A DNA stretch of 64,000 bases from an uncultured cyanobacterium (lineage in GTDB: Bacteria; Cyanobacteriota; Cyanobacteriia; Phormidesmidales; Phormidesmidaceae), in assembly GCA_963793265.1 (NCBI GenBank), contig CAWBZI010000002.1, forward strand, positions 1 through 64,000. Reading direction: 5' to 3'. The notes under the pieces are model-generated. The model was given only the letters and a program-made list of their open reading frames with translations. It made no database searches and was not told the origin of the DNA. Shown here piece after piece: positions 27,465 through 38,400 of the stretch; the first letter of the stretch is position 1, and the number at the start of each line of letters is the position of its first letter. Position numbers and translations under genes: made by a program.

Positions 27465-29993
27465 ATGCCCAATATTGGAGAAACTACAGCGCTTATCCCT
27501 CAGTCAGGCAGTTCCTATCAGCCTGAGGATTTGCAACCCGGACAAAGCGGCGCGACTGACTTTCCGTATGGAGACTTTAAGGCGATCGCCACCGTCGGCG
27601 AAATCGATTCATCGAACGGCCACGTTTTGACAGGTTATCCAGATGGTCAGGCAGCTTGGCTAAAAGACGAAGACACCGTGCGCGTAGCGTACCAGTCCGA
27701 GTCTTACGGAACCCTGTCAAGCGAAACCTACCCCTGGCAAATGGATAGTGGCGCAACCTTTACAGGTTCTCATATCCACACCATCGACTACGACCGCGCT
27801 GCTTTTGCGGACTTCATGAACAATGACAGCGCCGCCAGCGAAATGTTCCAAAGCGCGGGTCACTTGTTTAGCACCGTCTACAACGTATTTGGCGAGGTTG
27901 TAACTGGGAAAAACACTGATCCTAATGATCTGGGCGCTAAGTGGGGCAACCAGTCATTAGCGGATGGAACAGTGGTTGAGTTTGACGAAGGTCAGCAGCT
28001 TACGCTCGCTGACTGGTATTTCCACTCTTTCTGCGGAGCCTACTATGAGCAAGCAAACAAGTACGGCGACGGCATCGGCTTTGAGGATGACGTATGGCTG
28101 GTAGGAGAGGAATGGAACATCGGCGATCTGTATGACGATGCTGTTGAAGAGATCTCTTCGCAAGAAGGCTTTTTCTCCACGGAAGAAACAACAGGCGATG
28201 ACTTCTTTCTTGGCACGATGGGCCTAGCCTCTATGGTGGTCGATATTGAGAACGAAACAGCTTACACTGCGCCTGCGCTAGGTCAGACCGGCTACGAGAA
28301 GATCATGCCGATTAACTCGGGTAGCGAAGACTACGTTGTTATGGTGATGGCGGGCTATAACCTAGAGGTAGAGCCTGCACCGATGAAGATTTACATCGGT
28401 AAAAAGGGTGTGGATGCCAACGGCGACGCGCTGACTGAAGATGCGAATGAGCGCGATTCATTCTTGGGTCGTAACGGTTTGCTCTACGGCCAGCTCTACG
28501 GTATGGCCGCTACGGACGAAACCTTTGCTTCGCTAGGCATTACAGAGGTAGACGCAGATACTAAGATGATGGATGCGTACGTCACCGACGCCGACGCACC
28601 AGAGAACTTCAGCGTACGGTACTACGCTACTGATTATCGCTGGGATGGCTTTGATACGCCTGAGAACGCCAACGAGACTGAGCTTTTCCGCTGGATGCAA
28701 GATGGTGACACGCTAACCGATGGCACCGTTGAGGCGAATGAGCAGCCCGATGGCTACACCTATTTCAATGGCGACAGTAAGGTAGAACATCCGGCGGTCG
28801 ATCCTGATATTACAAAGAGTCGCTACGTTCAAAACTTGACTGTCCCTAGCGCTCAGCTTGGCGTTGAGTTCACAGATATTGCTAACGAGCTAGAGAACAA
28901 CGATGCTGATGGTGACGGCCTGCCTGACTTCCTTTCGGCGGATGTAACTCGCATTTTGGCGGGCGTTGATGGTGCGCTGACGCTTGAGACGGGCAATGCC
29001 GGTCAAGCTTCGATTGGCCCAAATAATCCCGACGGTACGCTGACTCATGCAGTCCATGTTGAGGATGGCGAGGCTCGATTGGATCAGCCTGACGGCTTGC
29101 AGTGGATTAAAACAGCCGATGGTGACTATCTGATTTTGGATGAGGATTCGGGTAATGACTATGGCGAGCGGAAGTTGATTTTGCCTATCGACTCTGAGAC
29201 TATGCAGCTCAAAGAAGATGGTAAGGGTTACTTCCTAGCGCAGGCAGGCGGTTCTTTGAACCCTCGGGCGATCGCCGAAGTAGCGGCTATTCCCGATACC
29301 TTCTCTAGCGCTACTAGCTCCGAATTTTCCGGTACTTGGAACGTGACTCACCTAGTCGCCAAGAAGGAAAACGGCAGCTTCTATACGGCGGAAGAGTTAG
29401 CCGGAATGGGCGCGCAAGAGGTCATCGAAAGCTACACGCTAGAGGAACAGACACTGCTTGGCGTAGTTCAGCACAGAGGCGAATCTGGCGGCATCGTGGA
29501 AGAACGCTTAGCTGACCAAGGCGGTCAGGTCTTCTTGTTCAGCGTGGATCTCGATCCGAACGATGGCGGCAGCGATGGTCTCGGCAAGTCTCAAATCTTT
29601 GGCACTAACGGCGTTGACGAACTGCTGGGCACCGCAGAGGGCGAGCAAATCTTCGGTCTTGAAGGTGACGACATGCTAACTGCTAGCGGTGACGATGTTC
29701 TATTCGGCGGCGACGGCGACGATATGTTAAAGAGCGGCGGCGGTAACGAAGTCTTCTTTGGCGGTAGCGGAGCAGATATGTTTCACCTAACCGTTGGAGA
29801 TGGCGCGACGACCATCATGGATTTTGAGAGCGGCGATAAGATCGGTCTTTCTGGTGGTATGAGTGCCAACGGTTTGTACAAAGTTCAAGATGGTGATAAC
29901 ACCGTCATCGGCACCTACGGAGGTGACCTGCTTGCAGTTGTGACGAATACTTCTGTAGAGCAGTTCTCGAACGATGTGTTTATGGCTGCGTAA
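27465..29993 (+). CDS. Secreted acidic protein, probable atypical alkaline phosphatase (PhoA-aty/PhoX-like), RTX C-terminus
   Basis: ATVGE...LTGYPDGQAAW...VAYQSESY, HSFCG, DQPDGLQW...ILDEDSGN, SEFSG and Q(H)..QGGQ motifs recall algal atypical APases and PhoX-type folds. Shares the C-terminal module and sits among phosphatase genes. Confidence 0.6.
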   Translation: MPNIGETTALIPQSGSSYQPEDLQPGQSGATDFPYGDFKAIATVGEIDSSNGHVLTGYPDGQAAWLKDEDTVRVAYQSESYGTLSSETYPWQMDSGATFTGSHIHTIDYDRAAFADFMNNDSAASEMFQSAGHLFSTVYNVFGEVVTGKNTDPNDLGAKWGNQSLADGTVVEFDEGQQLTLADWYFHSFCGAYYEQANKYGDGIGFEDDVWLVGEEWNIGDLYDDAVEEISSQEGFFSTEETTGDDFFLGTMGLASMVVDIENETAYTAPALGQTGYEKIMPINSGSEDYVVMVMAGYNLEVEPAPMKIYIGKKGVDANGDALTEDANERDSFLGRNGLLYGQLYGMAATDETFASLGITEVDADTKMMDAYVTDADAPENFSVRYYATDYRWDGFDTPENANETELFRWMQDGDTLTDGTVEANEQPDGYTYFNGDSKVEHPAVDPDITKSRYVQNLTVPSAQLGVEFTDIANELENNDADGDGLPDFLSADVTRILAGVDGALTLETGNAGQASIGPNNPDGTLTHAVHVEDGEARLDQPDGLQWIKTADGDYLILDEDSGNDYGERKLILPIDSETMQLKEDGKGYFLAQAGGSLNPRAIAEVAAIPDTFSSATSSEFSGTWNVTHLVAKKENGSFYTAEELAGMGAQEVIESYTLEEQTLLGVVQHRGESGGIVEERLADQGGQVFLFSVDLDPNDGGSDGLGKSQIFGTNGVDELLGTAEGEQIFGLEGDDMLTASGDDVLFGGDGDDMLKSGGGNEVFFGGSGADMFHLTVGDGATTIMDFESGDKIGLSGGMSANGLYKVQDGDNTVIGTYGGDLLAVVTNTSVEQFSNDVFMAA

Positions 29994-30012
29994 TCGGACA
30001 GTAAAACCGACT

Positions 30013-30070
30013 GGGCGATCGCGCATCTAAAACAACCGCGATCGTCCAATGACCTATGAACGAACGCCCC
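30013..30070 (+). repeat. 3'-UTR element, copy 2
   Basis: GGGCGATCGCGCATCTAAAACAACCGCGATCGTCCAATGACCTATGAACGAACGCCCC. Confidence 0.85.
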
Positions 30071-30072
30071 TT

Positions 30073-30106
30073 AGCCTGGTGGTTCTACTTAGCCACCAGG
30101 CTTTTT
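30073..30106 (+). terminator. Rho-independent terminator
   Basis: Stem AGCCTGGTGG/CCACCAGGCT followed by a T-run. Confidence 0.8.
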
Positions 30107-30114
30107 CCTTATTC

Positions 30115-30155
30115 GTAAACCTTTCTATAACCTGACTATAAACTCTTCTTTACCT
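30115..30155 (+). promoter_or_regulatory. Pho box (SphR/PhoB-type), four repeats
   Basis: GTAAACCT 30115, TATAACCT 30126, TATAAACT 30137, CTTTACCT 30148: exact 11-bp period and close to CTTAACCT. Confidence 0.7.
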
Positions 30156-30308
30156 ACGAGCAAACCATCTTTGATAGTTTGAACGCGGTAGGTAAGTTAT
30201 AGGTTCTTCAAACAGGCTGCAAGCAAAGCTATTACAACGGTGTATCTGTCTCTTTCATAGAGATTTGTTCAATAGACGAAAAAGATTACGCGACAAATAT
30301 TCTCTTTT

Positions 30309-33300
30309 ATGAAAATCTCTCTTTCTCGAATCGGCAGTTTCCAAAGTGAAGCTGGCGCAGAAATTCTGACGTTTGACTCCGCTCGCAATCTTGTTTACAC
30401 CGTCTCGGGAGGCACTACGCTACAGGTCATCGATTTGAGCGATCCGACCGCGCCTTCTGAAGTGGCTACCATCGACATTACAGACTTTGGGCCAGTAGGC
30501 GCAGCTAATAGCGTTGCTTATAAAAATGGACTGCTCGCAGTTGCCTTAGAAGCAGAAACTGTTACCGATCCGGGGGTCGTCGCGCTAGTGAACCTGGAGG
30601 AAATCGCTACTCCAGAAGACATTCCAGCCGCCGTTAAAACCTTCACAGTCGGCGCACTACCAGACTCTCTTACCTTCACGCCAGACGGCAGCAAAATCCT
30701 AGTTGCCAATGAAGGAGAACCCGACGAAGGTATAGATCCCAATGGATCTGTGAGTATTATTGACGTTTCTGGCGAGTTTGATAGTCTGAGCCAAACAAAT
30801 GTCGCCACCGCAGACTTTCTTCGTTTTAACGAGCTGACAGAAAACCTCAGAGCAGATGGCGTCAGAATCTTCCCAGATGCGACTGCCGCTCAAGATTTTG
30901 AGCCAGAATTCATTGCCGTTTCGCCCGATGGGTCGAAGGCATTTGTCACGCTGCAAGAGAATAATGCGATCGCCATCGTAGATATTGAGAGTGCAACGGT
31001 CGAAGGCGTTCAGCCGTTGGGTCTGAAGGACTTCAATAGAGGATTGCCTGAGTTAACTACGTTTGATTTTGTCGATAGAGGAGCGATCGCCAACGATGCA
31101 GATCCACTAACAACTGCCACAGGCGAAACCATCGAACTCGGTGGATTTTCTGGACTCTATTACGAGGGCAAAGCAGAAAACGGAAACCTTAAGTTTTTAG
31201 CTGTTCCAGATCGCGGGCCTAATGGCGATGTAGACGGTAACAATCGCCCTTTTTTACTGCCCGACTATCAAGCGCGAGTCGTCTCCTTCGAGCTAAACGA
31301 GAGCACAGGCGAGATTACTATCAACAACCAGCTACTGCTCTCTCGCGAAGACGGTACGCCCATCACAGGTCTGCCGAATATTCCAAATGTAGACCGTCAG
31401 GCCGTAGATGCCGCAGGCAATCCAGTTGATTCACCAGAGCTAGAAGGCTTTGAAACCTTTGGTGCAGACTACGATCCCTTTGGCGCAGACTTAGAGAGCA
31501 TACTGAGAGCGCCCGACGGTACGCTATGGGCTGTCGATGAGTACCGTCCAGCTATCTATCAGTTTGACCAAAGCGGAACGCTGCTCAATCGTTACATACC
31601 AGAAGGTACAGCAGCGCAAGCAACCGAGGCGAATCTAGGCAGTCAATTTGCGGCGGGCGATTTTGGCACAGAAACGCTACCCGCTGAGTACCTCAACCGT
31701 CGCGCCAATCGTGGCTTTGAAGGCGCAGCGCTAGATACAGAAACGGGCATCTTCTACGCTTTTATCCAAACGCCGCTAAGCAATCCAGATAGGGATGCGG
31801 GCGATGCCTCTGATGTCATTCGTATCCTGGGCATTGATCCAACAACAGGAATCCCAGTCTCAGAATACGTTTACCTTTTGCAAAAGCCGGAAGTCGGTGG
31901 CAACGTCGATAAAATTGGCGATGCGGTCTTTATTGGCGATGGAAAGTTCTACGTCATAGAGCGAGATTCTTCGCTAGCCGACGATGGACAAAAGTTTGTA
32001 TTCGAGATCGATATTAAAGGCGCAACAAACGTACTGGGCCGAGACTTCGGTGACGAGACACTAGAACAACAGACTACCGAACCACTACTTACGCAAGGCA
32101 TTCAGCCAGTAAGTAAGACGAAGATTGCTAATCTGCCTTCGATAGGATATTTACCTTCTGATAAACCAGAGGGTATTGCACTGCTAGATGACGGTCGAAT
32201 TGCTGTCCTCAACGACAACGACTTTGGTTTGGTGGCAGGTGCTGAGGCGGTTCAGCTTGGCATTATTGACTTTGCGCAGAGTAATGGATTGGATGCGAGC
32301 GATCGCGATAACGGCATCAACATAGATAACGAACCTGTCTTCGGCCTGTACATGCCTGACTCTATCGCCTCCTTTGAAGCGGATGGTCAGACCTACTACA
32401 TCATCGCCAACGAAGGCGACGACCGAGGAGACGCCGACGAGGACGAGCGCGGCGATGCCATTCGCCTTAAGGACTTAGCAGAGGTTACCTCTTTTGGCCG
32501 CGCGGGTATAGAACTCGATCCGACCTTCGCCGCTTCGCTACCGGCAGATATTGCAGAAGATGAGAACCTGGGTCGGCTAGTTCTCTCTTCCATCGACGGA
32601 GATACAGATGGCGATGGAGACATAGACCGCTTAGTTTCCTACGGCGGACGCTCCTTTTCCGTACTGGACGCAAACGGCAACATCGTCTTCGACAGCGGCG
32701 ATCAGATTGCTCGCATCACGGCGGAGGCAACACCCGAGCTATTCAACGCAGATGACGGCCTTCCTGAAGAATTTGACAACCGCTCGGACAACAAAGGCGC
32801 TGAGCCTGAAGCGATCGCAACTGGTGTTATCAACGGCAAGCCCTACGGCTTTGTGGGTCTAGAACGCGCAGGCGGCGGCGTTTTGGTTTACGACCTCTCG
32901 AATCCGATGGCTCCTGAGTTTGTTCAATACATCCGCAGCGACGAGGACATTGCGCCAGAAGGATTACAGTTCATCCCCGCTGCTGATAGTCCAAACAGCC
33001 AACCACTGCTCGCAGTCGCCAACGAAGTTTCTCAAACGCTCGCCGTCTACGCCATCGACGTACCACCCGTCAGCGTTAGCGAGATTCAAGGCGCTGGGCA
33101 GATTTCACCCCTAGCAGGAGAGCTGGTAACAACAGAAGGCATTGTAACCGGCGTTGCGTTCAACGGCTTTTACCTGCAAGGAGAGGGGGATGGTGACGAT
33201 GCCACGTCTGACGGGATCTTTGTCTTTACCGACGACCAGCCGACCGTGAGTGAGGGTGATCGCGCTCAAGTCTCTGCCATAGTCAGCGAATTTATCCCCG

Positions 33301-35276
33301 GCGGCGCAGACACCGGCAATCTCTCAATCACGCAGCTCACCGATCCAGACATCACCGTTCTCTCTTCTGACAATCCGCTACCCAAAGCCGTCGTCATCGG
33401 TCTCGGCGGTCGCATTGCACCTACTGAAATTGTCATCTCAGACGACGAACTGCCAACGAATCTACAAGAAACCGCAGGCAACTTCGATCCAGAACAAGAC
33501 GCCATCGACTTTTACGAAAGCTTAGAAGGCATGCGCGTCACGGTAGAAGATGCCGTCGCCGTCTCGCCCACTCGCGTCTTCAATCGTTTCTCGGCAGAAG
33601 CCTTTACCTTGCCAAACCAGGGCGCAACGGCAACACCAGACGGCGTTCTCACGGATAGAGGCGGCATCAACTTACGCTCCGGCCCAGACAACAGAGGCGA
33701 TCAAAATCCCGAGCGCGTACAAATTCAGTTCGATCCAAATCTGTTACCGGAAGGGTTTGAAACCCCTGCGCTAACGGTAGGCGACCAGCTAGGTGATGTC
33801 ACAGGAGTCCTGGGCTACAGCTTTGGTAACTTCGAAGTAAACGTTACCGAGGCTTTTGACATTACGCCGAGCGGACTCACCCAAGAAGTCACAGACCTGA
33901 TGGGAACAGATAGTGACCTGACGGTGGCGAGCTACAATGTACTGAACCTTAGTCCGCTCGAAGAAGACGACGCGCAGCGACAACTTCTAGCGGAGCAGAT
34001 TGTCAACAACTTAAAGGCTCCCGACATTATCGGCCTGCAAGAGATTCAAGATAATGATGGAACAACAGACGGTGCCGATAGCACGGTGACGGATGCCACA
34101 CAGACTTTGCAGGCTTTAGTGGATGCGATCGCCGCAGCAGGCGGCCCCACCTACGCCTTCGCAGACATCGCCCCAGCCGACGACAGCACAGGCGGCGTCC
34201 CCGGCGGCAACATCCGCAACTCATTCCTCTACAATCCAGAGCAAGTTTCACTAGACTCGCTCGAACTCTTAGAAGACCTAGAAGCCTTCGACGGCAGCCG
34301 CGATCCGCTAGTTGGCACATTCACCTTCAACGATGAAACCGTCACCATCGTCAACAACCACTTTTCTTCTCGCTTTGGCTCCACGCCCGTCTTCGGCGGC
34401 CCGCAGCCCTTTGTACAAGCAGGTGAAGAAGCGAGAGAAGCGCAGGCACAAGCCATTAATGATTATGTCGATGGCATCTTAGGGGACGATCCTCATGCCA
34501 ACGTTGTTGTTTTAGGCGACTTAAACACCTTTGAGTTTACCAACGACCTAGCGGAGATTCTACCGGGAACGGGGGACGAGCAAGTGCTGACGAATTTAGT
34601 AGAGCAGGCGATCGCCGACGACGATGCCTACAGCTTTATCTTCGATGGCAACAGTCAGGTACTAGACCATTTATACATTTCCGATTCTCTGCTACCAGGC
34701 GCACAGTTCGACATCGTACATGTCAACAACGACTTCCCTCGCGACGACAATAGGATTCGCTTTGAAGATACCGTTGTCGCTAGTGACCACGAACCGTTAG
34801 TCGCCCAGCTCTCCTTCGCAGACTTTCCTACCAACATTGGCAAAACGCCTGTCTTTGGAAGCCTTGATGACGACCTACTACTTGGCAGTTCCGGCGATGA
34901 GGTTCTGTTTGGAGAAGCCGGTAACGACACGCTTTTGGGCGAAGCGGGCGATGATTTACTGCTAGGTAAAAGCGGTAATGACTATCTGCGCGGTGGCGGC
35001 GGTATGGACGTGTTGATTGGTGGAGAAGGCGCGGATGTGTTTGCGTTGGCACAGCCTCTCCAGGGGAGAATCGCGCCTAACGAAGGCATCAGCATCATCT
35101 CCGACTTTGAAGCCGGTATAGACCTCATCGGCTTGGCAGAAGGTCTAAGCTTGGGCGAGCTATATCGAGTTCAAGAAGGTTCTAACACTGTCATTGGTAC
35201 CTATGCAGGCGAATTGCTAGCTGTCGTTACAAACGCTGAAGCCAGTCAGTTTGAAGCAGCCTTTCTTTCGGTATAA
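30309..35276 (+). CDS. Multidomain secreted hydrolase: choice-of-anchor-I-type alkaline phosphatase, inserted phytase-like domain, OB-fold and ExeM/NucH EEP nuclease, RTX C-terminus
   Basis: ANEGEP, EPEFIAV, TLQENNA, ANEGD and RSDNKGAEPE (phosphatase). PDRGPN, DEYRP, NRGFEG and NDNDFG (phytase-like). SYNVLNL, LQEIQD, GDLN, LDH and SDHEP (EEP). Confidence 0.88.
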   Translation: MKISLSRIGSFQSEAGAEILTFDSARNLVYTVSGGTTLQVIDLSDPTAPSEVATIDITDFGPVGAANSVAYKNGLLAVALEAETVTDPGVVALVNLEEIATPEDIPAAVKTFTVGALPDSLTFTPDGSKILVANEGEPDEGIDPNGSVSIIDVSGEFDSLSQTNVATADFLRFNELTENLRADGVRIFPDATAAQDFEPEFIAVSPDGSKAFVTLQENNAIAIVDIESATVEGVQPLGLKDFNRGLPELTTFDFVDRGAIANDADPLTTATGETIELGGFSGLYYEGKAENGNLKFLAVPDRGPNGDVDGNNRPFLLPDYQARVVSFELNESTGEITINNQLLLSREDGTPITGLPNIPNVDRQAVDAAGNPVDSPELEGFETFGADYDPFGADLESILRAPDGTLWAVDEYRPAIYQFDQSGTLLNRYIPEGTAAQATEANLGSQFAAGDFGTETLPAEYLNRRANRGFEGAALDTETGIFYAFIQTPLSNPDRDAGDASDVIRILGIDPTTGIPVSEYVYLLQKPEVGGNVDKIGDAVFIGDGKFYVIERDSSLADDGQKFVFEIDIKGATNVLGRDFGDETLEQQTTEPLLTQGIQPVSKTKIANLPSIGYLPSDKPEGIALLDDGRIAVLNDNDFGLVAGAEAVQLGIIDFAQSNGLDASDRDNGINIDNEPVFGLYMPDSIASFEADGQTYYIIANEGDDRGDADEDERGDAIRLKDLAEVTSFGRAGIELDPTFAASLPADIAEDENLGRLVLSSIDGDTDGDGDIDRLVSYGGRSFSVLDANGNIVFDSGDQIARITAEATPELFNADDGLPEEFDNRSDNKGAEPEAIATGVINGKPYGFVGLERAGGGVLVYDLSNPMAPEFVQYIRSDEDIAPEGLQFIPAADSPNSQPLLAVANEVSQTLAVYAIDVPPVSVSEIQGAGQISPLAGELVTTEGIVTGVAFNGFYLQGEGDGDDATSDGIFVFTDDQPTVSEGDRAQVSAIVSEFIPGGADTGNLSITQLTDPDITVLSSDNPLPKAVVIGLGGRIAPTEIVISDDELPTNLQETAGNFDPEQDAIDFYESLEGMRVTVEDAVAVSPTRVFNRFSAEAFTLPNQGATATPDGVLTDRGGINLRSGPDNRGDQNPERVQIQFDPNLLPEGFETPALTVGDQLGDVTGVLGYSFGNFEVNVTEAFDITPSGLTQEVTDLMGTDSDLTVASYNVLNLSPLEEDDAQRQLLAEQIVNNLKAPDIIGLQEIQDNDGTTDGADSTVTDATQTLQALVDAIAAAGGPTYAFADIAPADDSTGGVPGGNIRNSFLYNPEQVSLDSLELLEDLEAFDGSRDPLVGTFTFNDETVTIVNNHFSSRFGSTPVFGGPQPFVQAGEEAREAQAQAINDYVDGILGDDPHANVVVLGDLNTFEFTNDLAEILPGTGDEQVLTNLVEQAIADDDAYSFIFDGNSQVLDHLYISDSLLPGAQFDIVHVNNDFPRDDNRIRFEDTVVASDHEPLVAQLSFADFPTNIGKTPVFGSLDDDLLLGSSGDEVLFGEAGNDTLLGEAGDDLLLGKSGNDYLRGGGGMDVLIGGEGADVFALAQPLQGRIAPNEGISIISDFEAGIDLIGLAEGLSLGELYRVQEGSNTVIGTYAGELLAVVTNAEASQFEAAFLSV

Positions 35277-35348
35277 ATTCAGCCATCTAACTTAGTAACA
35301 GTGATTCAACGCATCCAGACGTTTCTATATCTGTTACAGATTTCCAGA

Positions 35349-35378
35349 TTTAACGCAGTGTTCTCTTTCTCTTAACCA
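35349..35378 (+). promoter_or_regulatory. Putative Pho box (two good half-sites 22 bp apart)
   Basis: TTTAACGC 35349 and CTTAACCA 35371, with a degenerate middle unit. Confidence 0.45.
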
Positions 35379-35422
35379 TACGCTCATAGTCTTTAGAATA
35401 TCTCTTACCTCTTCCTTATTTT

Positions 35423-38400
35423 ATGAACGAAAACACTCTAGTAGGGTTTGCCTCTCTACCCGCCGATACGTTTGCAGAAGGCCCTCCATCAGGAACAGAC
35501 AATGGCCGCATTGATGCGGTAGAGCGCATCCAGCCAATCAGCGCAAACGGTAGAACCGGCCCTTTTGAAGGTCAGCCTGTTCAAGGGTTTAGCGCGGTTC
35601 AGTTCGCGCCCGGAGACGACCCGAGCGTTTTCTGGTTCCTTTCGGACAATGGTTTTGGTGGAGAAGCTAACAGCACTGACTATCTACTGCGCTTGTATCA
35701 GGTAGATCCTAACTTTGTGGGCACAGAAGACGGCGATGCCTCCGTTGAAGTACAGGGATTTGTACAGCTCTCCGATCCCAGCAACCTCATTCCTTTCGAT
35801 ATTATTAACGAAGGTAGTGCCGAGCGAAATCTAACCGGCGGCGACTTCGATATCGAATCATTTGTAATAGCCGAGAATGGCGATATCTGGGTAGGTGAAG
35901 AGTTCGGCCCCTATCTGTTGCATTTTGATAGCACGGGTACGCTACTCGAAGCGCCAATTGCAACGCCAAATCCGGTGAACTTAAACACGCTGAATGGTCA
36001 AGACCCCCTGGTGATTGCGCATAGGGGCGCAAGTGGTGATTTTCCTGAGCATACGTTGGAAGCTTATCGCGCGGCGATCGCAGCCGGTGCAGACTTCATC
36101 GAACCCGATTTAGTCACGACCAGCGATGGCGTTCTCATCGCTCGCCACGAACCCATGCTAGACGACACCACCAACGTCGCAGAGGTGTTCGGCCCCGAGC
36201 GTATGTCTACCAAACTGCTAGACGGCGAAGAAGTCACCGCCTACTTTGCAGAAGATTTTACGCTAGAAGAGATCAAGCAGCTTCGTGCTGTTCAATCTCG
36301 CGACTTTCGAGATCCTAACTTCGATGGTTTGTTCGAGATTCCTACTTTCCAAGAAGTGATTGAGCTAGTCCAAGAAGTCGAAGCGCAAACAGGCGTACAA
36401 GTTGGCATCTACCCAGAAACAAAACACCCTACCTTTTTCGACCAGCAAGGACTCTCCTTAGAAGACCCATTAATTGAGACGCTACAGGCAACCGGCTTCA
36501 CCGATCCAAACCGGATTTTTATTCAATCTTTTGAATTCCAAAACCTCATCGAGCTACAAGTGCAGCTAGACGCCGAAGGACTAGGCGACTTGCCATTGGT
36601 ACAGCTCTACGGCAACACGACCGACAGCGCCGCGCCAACCAGCGGGTTTTCTGTACCTTACGATATTCGCTTCAACGTTCAGCAGGGCAACGATCTGGCC
36701 GCTATTTATGGTCAGGACTTTTTAGATGCCGCTGAAACTGCGCTAAACGAAGATACGATTTACAGCGATCTCGACAGCGCTGAGCTACTTCAGGTCATTA
36801 GCGCTAAGTATGCAGAAGGCGCAGGCCCCTGGAAGAACAACTTTGTACTGCGCGAGCCACTAGAAACTCCCGTAGACGGCAATGGCGACGGCGAGGCTGA
36901 GATTACGACTCAGCTTACCGGCGAGATTGGCCCCTTTGTAGAGGATGCACATGCGGCGGGCTTGCAAGTACATCCTTATACGCTGCGCGATGAAGAGAGA
37001 TTTCTAACGCTTAACGCAGACGGGACGCCGCAAACGCCGGAGCAAGAGTTTCAGCAGCTCGTTGAAATTGGCGTGGATGGGTTCTTTACAGACTTTGCTC
37101 GTACGGGCGATCCGGTCGTGGATAAGCTAACAAGTGATAACGTGCGATCGCCCAACAACCCCGACTTCGACTTCAACACGCTCAATGGCCAAACGCCCCT
37201 CGTCATTGGCCATCGAGGAGCCAGCGGCGACTTCCCCGAACACACCCTCGAAGCCTATCGCCTCGCCATCTATCAGGGTGCAGACTTTGTTGAACCCGAC
37301 CTGGTATCCACTAGCGACGGCATCCTCATCGCTCGTCACGAACCCATGCTAGACGACACTACCAATATCGCAGAGGTGTTCGGCCCCGAGCGCATGTCTA
37401 CAAAACTGCTCGATGGTGAGGAAGTCACCGCGTACTTTGCAGAAGACTTTACGCTAGCAGAAATTAAACAGCTCCGCGCCGTTCAATCTCGCCCTTACCG
37501 CAATCAAGAATACAACGGTGAGTTCGAGATTCCGACCTTCCAAGAAGTCATCGAGCTGGTTCAAGAAGTCAGCACCGAAGTAGGCCGCGATGTCGGCATT
37601 TATCCAGAAACGAAGCACCCCACCTTCTTCGACAAGCAAGGACTTTCTCTAGAAGAACCGCTGGTTCAAACGCTAGTGGAAACTGGATTTACCGATCCAA
37701 ACCGGATTTTCATTCAGTCCTTTGAAATCTCCAATCTGCTGGACTTGCGCAACAATCTTCTACCGGAGGCAGACCTGGATAGCTTAAAGCTCGTACAGCT
37801 TTTTGGCGACACCGAAGGCAGCTTCATCAACGAAGGTGGCGGCGGTTTCTCTGTTCCTTACGATGTTGTCGTAAATGCCTCTCTCTCTGATACAGAGAAA
37901 GCTGCTATCTATGGAAACCTACTGCCATTTCTCGACTTTGAGAACCCCGGATATAGCAACTTGGCAAACGCCGAAGCCATCGTAGAAATCAGCAGCTACG
38001 CTGACGGCCTCGGCCCCTGGAAGAACAACATTCTACTACGCGAACCCATTGAGACACCCGTAGACGGCAACGGCGACGGCGAAGCAGAAATTACCACCCG
38101 GCTAACAGGCGAGGTCTTCCCACTCATTGACTTTGCGCACAACGCAGGCTTGCAAGTACATCCTTACACCTTGCGCGACGAAGAGAGATTTCTCACGCTC
38201 AACGCAGATGGGACGCCTCAGACCACGGGCGAAGAATTCCGTCAGTTGATTGAACTTGGCGCAGATGGCTTCTTCACCGACTTTCCAGAGACAGGCCGAA
38301 TAGTCGTCGAACAGTTTGAGACCGCAGAAGAATTCGCTAACCTACGCGGCTCTCGCGGCTACGAAGGCATGGCCTTCAGTCCAGATCGCCAAACGCTCTA

